Below are positions 25,958-28,548 of a DNA stretch of 28,548 bases, in pieces. The stretch's first letter is position 1. Every line of letters begins with the position of its first letter. The position numbers and the translations under genes were made by a program. The DNA lies in IMG/VR virus record IMGVR_UViG_3300031588_000010, positions 1 to 28,548 of that record; one strand, given 5' to 3'. The DNA comes from a virus (Duplodnaviria > Caudoviricetes). The notes beneath the pieces were generated by a model. The model was not told the DNA's origin. It saw only the letters and a list, made by a program, of their open reading frames with translations, and did not search any database.

Positions 25958-26182
25958 TTAGCTTGCCCTAAACCCGCATTGTATCCATCCTCCAGCAGGG
26001 CCTGAAGTTGGTATTTCACTAAAGAATGCGACTAAGTTACCGGTTCTTACGCTGTAGATATGGTATTCATCGTCAGTTAACTCAGGGTCTAAACCATATT
26101 CATCTAATTGAAGGATGAACTCGCTGAGCTCGTCAGCAGAGTATTCGTGTCTAAAGTGGTTTTGTTGCAACTGTGCGTTCAT
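25958..26182 (-). CDS. Early hypothetical protein
   Basis: 74 aa with GAGGA RBS. Confidence 0.6.
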   Translation of the reverse strand: MNAQLQQNHFRHEYSADELSEFILQLDEYGLDPELTDDEYHIYSVRTGNLVAFFSEIPTSGPAGGWIQCGFRAS

Positions 26183-26183
26183 A

Positions 26184-26354
26184 TTATTTCCTCGATGGTG
26201 ACATAACCTTTAGATAATGCAGCGCCACTCTTTCAGCACGCGCTAGCGCACGAGCTTCAGAGGTGTCACTGGGTATCTCAGGTATGGAGTGCCATTTATC
26301 GATGATTGCATCGAGATGGCGGTTAATGGGTATCTCATTGGATGTTAAAAACAT
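26184..26354 (-). CDS. Early hypothetical protein (56 aa), missing from ORF track
   Basis: AGGGAG RBS and ATG at 26354; first gene after a hairpin promoter. Confidence 0.65.
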   Translation of the reverse strand: MFLTSNEIPINRHLDAIIDKWHSIPEIPSDTSEARALARAERVALHYLKVMSPSRK

Positions 26355-26393
26355 ACGACTCCCTGGTAATGGTTAATAGTGATTGGGCAATAC

Positions 26394-26417
26394 CCATTTC
26401 TACGCGGGACGCGTTTT
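26394..26417 (-). promoter_or_regulatory. vRNAP-type hairpin promoter
   Basis: + strand CCAT-ttct-ACGCG-GGA-CGCGT-TTT. Confidence 0.8.
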
Positions 26418-26465
26418 CTTTTCTGAGAAAAATCGAGGACCACTTTTTTGCTACGTTTTGATTTT

Positions 26466-26552
26466 GAGTTGGACGAGTTGGACGGATCGGGGCAAACCCA
26501 GTGGTAGCAAGGGTTTCAGCCGTCCAACTCCAATTTGCCGAGTTGGACGGAT
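26466..26552. repeat. Cluster of four GAGTTGGAC(GG) repeats (three direct, one inverted) around an AAACCC-N11-GGGTTT palindrome
   Basis: Direct copies at 26466, 26475 and 26540; inverted copy at 26520-26530; non-coding. Confidence 0.85.
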
Positions 26553-26568
26553 TAGGCTAGCTGGGCGG

Positions 26569-26601
26569 AAAAAACAACTATCCCAGGTGGGATAGCTGCT
26601 T
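26569..26601 (-). terminator. Intrinsic terminator
   Basis: GCAGCUAUCCC-ACCU-GGGAUAGUUGU-UUUUU. Confidence 0.85.
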
Positions 26602-26609
26602 AACGATTA

Positions 26610-26933
26610 CTAAAGCTCTTCCCATTCAATGTGGTGAGTTTTAAGCCAATCAGTAAGAGGCTCATAAGTGTTACCCCATCTGTTAGCACGTACAGACGTG
26701 TCAGGGAAATCAGGGTGACCACCGTCAGAGACCCAATTAATGCCGGGAACTCTTAGGCAAGGATCGTCCTTTTGAAGCCAAAGGTAATGGTCTTCTGACC
26801 AAGCATCGTCTGGATTAGCTAGATGTACTAGCCTTGCTTTCTCAACCTGTTCTGGCTGGCCTTTTGTAAAAGTTTGAAACTGCATACCTGCGGCAGTTGC
26901 TGCTTGTCGATTAAAGAATACGTCTAAGCCCAT
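26610..26933 (-). CDS. Early hypothetical protein (MGLDVFF...VRANRWG..Y.PLT.WL)
   Basis: GGAG RBS before ATG at 26933. Confidence 0.7.
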   Translation of the reverse strand: MGLDVFFNRQAATAAGMQFQTFTKGQPEQVEKARLVHLANPDDAWSEDHYLWLQKDDPCLRVPGINWVSDGGHPDFPDTSVRANRWGNTYEPLTDWLKTHHIEWEEL

Positions 26934-26957
26934 GGCTATCTCCAAGTAAAAACTCCC

Positions 26958-27155
26958 TTAAAAGGGAGCTTCGTCAGTATCACACTCGATTGTATTGAAC
27001 ACGAGGGACGTTGGGTCTTCATAAGTTGGTCCTATGAATATCCAACCGTGTTCAGAACAATCGGCGCAAAGTTGGTCCAATTCGTTATCTGCAAAGAAGG
27101 GTGTCTTGCAGTTAGCGCAGTGGAATGTGGAAAAATGTATCTCAGATTGAGACAT
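26958..27155 (-). CDS. Early Zn-ribbon protein (CANC...CADC)
   Basis: AGGAG RBS; two CxxC pairs. Confidence 0.65.
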   Translation of the reverse strand: MSQSEIHFSTFHCANCKTPFFADNELDQLCADCSEHGWIFIGPTYEDPTSLVFNTIECDTDEAPF

Positions 27156-27182
27156 AACTAACTCCTAATGAAGGCAGAGTTG

Positions 27183-27206
27183 CCATGCCTTCGGCGGAGC
27201 CGTTTT
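27183..27206 (-). promoter_or_regulatory. vRNAP-type hairpin promoter
   Basis: + strand CCAT-gcctt-CGGC-GGA-GCCG-TTTT. Confidence 0.85.
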
Positions 27207-27239
27207 AAAAAACAACTACCCCTTAACGGGATAGCTGCT
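27207..27239 (-). terminator. Intrinsic terminator (near-copy of 26569..26601)
   Basis: GCAGCUAUCCC-GUUAA-GGGGUAGUUGU-UUUUU. Confidence 0.8.
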
Positions 27240-27530
27240 CAAATATCTAAAATGTTCGTGAAAAAGGGAACCCCAAAGCTTGTCAATAGCCGCGTCTTCT
27301 ACGAAGCCTACAGGTAGTAACGAGTAGGCGTAGTCGCGTTCTGCGGTCACGTCGTTAAGCAGGCGTTGAAGACGGTCGAGTTCCTGTTTGAGAGCCTTTG
27401 CTTTGCTGTACTTGAGGTTGTATAAAGACAGCAGCGCATTAAGCTCTGCCATGCCAGGGTCATGCATTGTACTTTCATGCAGAAGCTTGTCGCACTTAAG
27501 CTTGAACCATTCTACCGTACCTTTATTCAT
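27216..27530 (-). CDS. Early coiled-coil hypothetical protein (MNKGTVEWF...)
   Basis: GGAGG RBS before ATG at 27530, overlapping the upstream stop. Confidence 0.65.
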   Translation of the reverse strand: MNKGTVEWFKLKCDKLLHESTMHDPGMAELNALLSLYNLKYSKAKALKQELDRLQRLLNDVTAERDYAYSLLPVGFVEDAAIDKLWGSLFHEHFRYLSSYPVKG

Positions 27531-27705
27531 GACAGACCTCCACAGTAGACAGACCTCCACAGTAGACAGGGCCCTCATCAGGTGCGTTATAGCAGTACTG
27601 CTCATCGTCCATTATATTCTCGCAGTATTCTATTGTCGTATAACCATCACCGAACATTTCACCACCACAATCAATACAATTAATAAACGGTATATCTATT
27701 TTCAT
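27523..27705 (-). CDS. Early Cys-containing protein (CIDCGG.M.GDGYT...C...PD.GP.YC)
   Basis: 60 aa with GGAGG RBS. Confidence 0.7.
   Translation of the reverse strand: MKIDIPFINCIDCGGEMFGDGYTTIEYCENIMDDEQYCYNAPDEGPVYCGGLSTVEVCHE
27531..27569. repeat. 17-bp tandem duplication containing an RBS
   Basis: gacagacctccacagta x2 + gacag. Confidence 0.85.
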
Positions 27706-27805
27706 GACAGACCTCCAAGGTCATCGATGATTACGAGGGCCAAGCCCAATCCCCCAAGAAGAGGGATGGAGCAGACCCAAAGAACTAACAGTAGTTGTGG
27801 AGTCC

Positions 27806-28114
27806 TCATACAGAACTCCTTGGGATGCGCGTGAATACGCCAGCGTAGTAATCGGAAGGAACCAAAGGCCAGTCACGAATACCGTCAAAGCATTGAATGC
27901 CTGGTATCGCTCGACTCCACGCTTCTAACGGACACATCATAAGAGTCTCAACACCATATCTGTCTACCAGCAAGACAGACGCTGGTAAGTAAGGCACGTA
28001 AGTAGCGCCGTTTTTATCTGCATTATCAAAGTAGTCCCAGCAGAGGAACCCAACAGCGACAGCTGCTATTACTAATATACCTAACAACAGTAAGCCTTCA
28101 TTAAATGTAGCCAT
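27806..28114 (-). CDS. Early protein with N-terminal TM segment
   Basis: GGAG RBS; LLLLGILVIAAVAVGFLCW. Confidence 0.65.
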   Translation of the reverse strand: MATFNEGLLLLGILVIAAVAVGFLCWDYFDNADKNGATYVPYLPASVLLVDRYGVETLMMCPLEAWSRAIPGIQCFDGIRDWPLVPSDYYAGVFTRIPRSSV

Positions 28115-28325
28115 AAGTATCTCCAGTTTCTAACAAATTGTTTAGGCGTGAGTTCGCCACAATCAGGGTGTCTCGCAGTTCTGCGAAGTGAATGTTATTG
28201 GGCCCGTATGGACTGTCGTAGAGTTCGTAAGCAGCTTCGATAACTTCATAACGTGCGTCATCAAGTGCCTCTTGAAGTTGAGGGTCGTTAACCGAGTAAT
28301 GTGGTACATGAATATCAAAGGACAT
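28101..28325 (-). CDS. Early hypothetical protein (MSFDIHVPH...)
   Basis: AGGAGGT RBS before ATG at 28325; first gene after a hairpin promoter. Confidence 0.7.
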   Translation of the reverse strand: MSFDIHVPHYSVNDPQLQEALDDARYEVIEAAYELYDSPYGPNNIHFAELRDTLIVANSRLNNLLETGDTYGYI

Positions 28326-28354
28326 GGTGATACCTCCTGTAGACAGCAGAATTG

Positions 28355-28377
28355 CCATTACTCACGCGGAGCGTTTT
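28355..28377 (-). promoter_or_regulatory. vRNAP-type hairpin promoter
   Basis: + strand CCAT-tactc-ACGC-GGA-GCGT-TTT. Confidence 0.85.
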
Positions 28378-28386
28378 ATGAAGTGT

Positions 28387-28446
28387 AAAAAAACACCACT
28401 ACTCCCGTTTCACTGGAGCTTCTTCGTCTCCAAGGAGTAGTGGTGT
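28387..28446 (-). terminator. Intrinsic terminator with long stem and inner helix
   Basis: 13-bp perfect ACACCACUACUCC/GGAGUAGUGGUGU stem, inner UGGAG/CUCCA, U-tract. Confidence 0.75.
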
Positions 28447-28548
28447 AGTGCATTGGTGAGTAAGCACACAGTGGATACATTTAGTGGACAAGTTAACTGC
28501 CGCATTGGTTGGCAATCTTGAACGCCTTCTTACTAAGGCAGTGGAACA

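Noticed and set aside
25807-26019. 70-aa minus-strand ORF
   Set aside because: Runs through a clear terminator and overlaps both neighbours.
26466-26552. Possible mini-CRISPR array
   Set aside because: Repeats are only 9-12 bp, in mixed orientation, irregularly spaced, and there are no cas genes.
27388-27834. 148-aa plus-strand ORF and the many other antisense ORFs in the track
   Set aside because: Antisense to well-supported genes with RBSs; no RBS or motifs of their own.
1-28548. tRNA genes, introns/inteins, alternative genetic code
   Set aside because: No cloverleaf/T-loop signature noticed in spacers; core enzymes are normal length and uninterrupted; all three stop codons terminate genes.

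Overview
A 28.5-kb segment of an N4-like (Schitoviridae) phage genome, probably marine and possibly infecting a gammaproteobacterium (inference). The minus strand, read right to left, starts with an early region of small ORFs arranged as terminator/hairpin-promoter units. Five template-strand GGA-triloop hairpins look like virion-RNAP promoters. Next come a CI/XRE-like HTH gene, the N4 gp2/Drc-like ssDNA-binding activator, split RNAPII (RNAP1 + RNAP2), a SutA-motif/tandem-HTH/Zn-finger protein, ATP-dependent DNA ligase, an atypical C5 cytosine methyltransferase, a MoxR-type AAA ATPase with a vWA/metallopeptidase partner, an SF1B helicase, family A DNA polymerase, an HTH-metallophosphoesterase, a dNMP kinase and many small ORFs. 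The plus strand at the left end carries two tail fibre + chaperone modules and an isolated holin-like gene. The best unexplained signals are the SutA-like fusion protein, three same-topology H-type pseudoknots in 5' leaders, an iteron-like repeat cluster in the early region, a repressor-like gene insulated by a terminator, and a start-less perfect Shine-Dalgarno with downstream structure. All calls come from motif reading; no searches were run.
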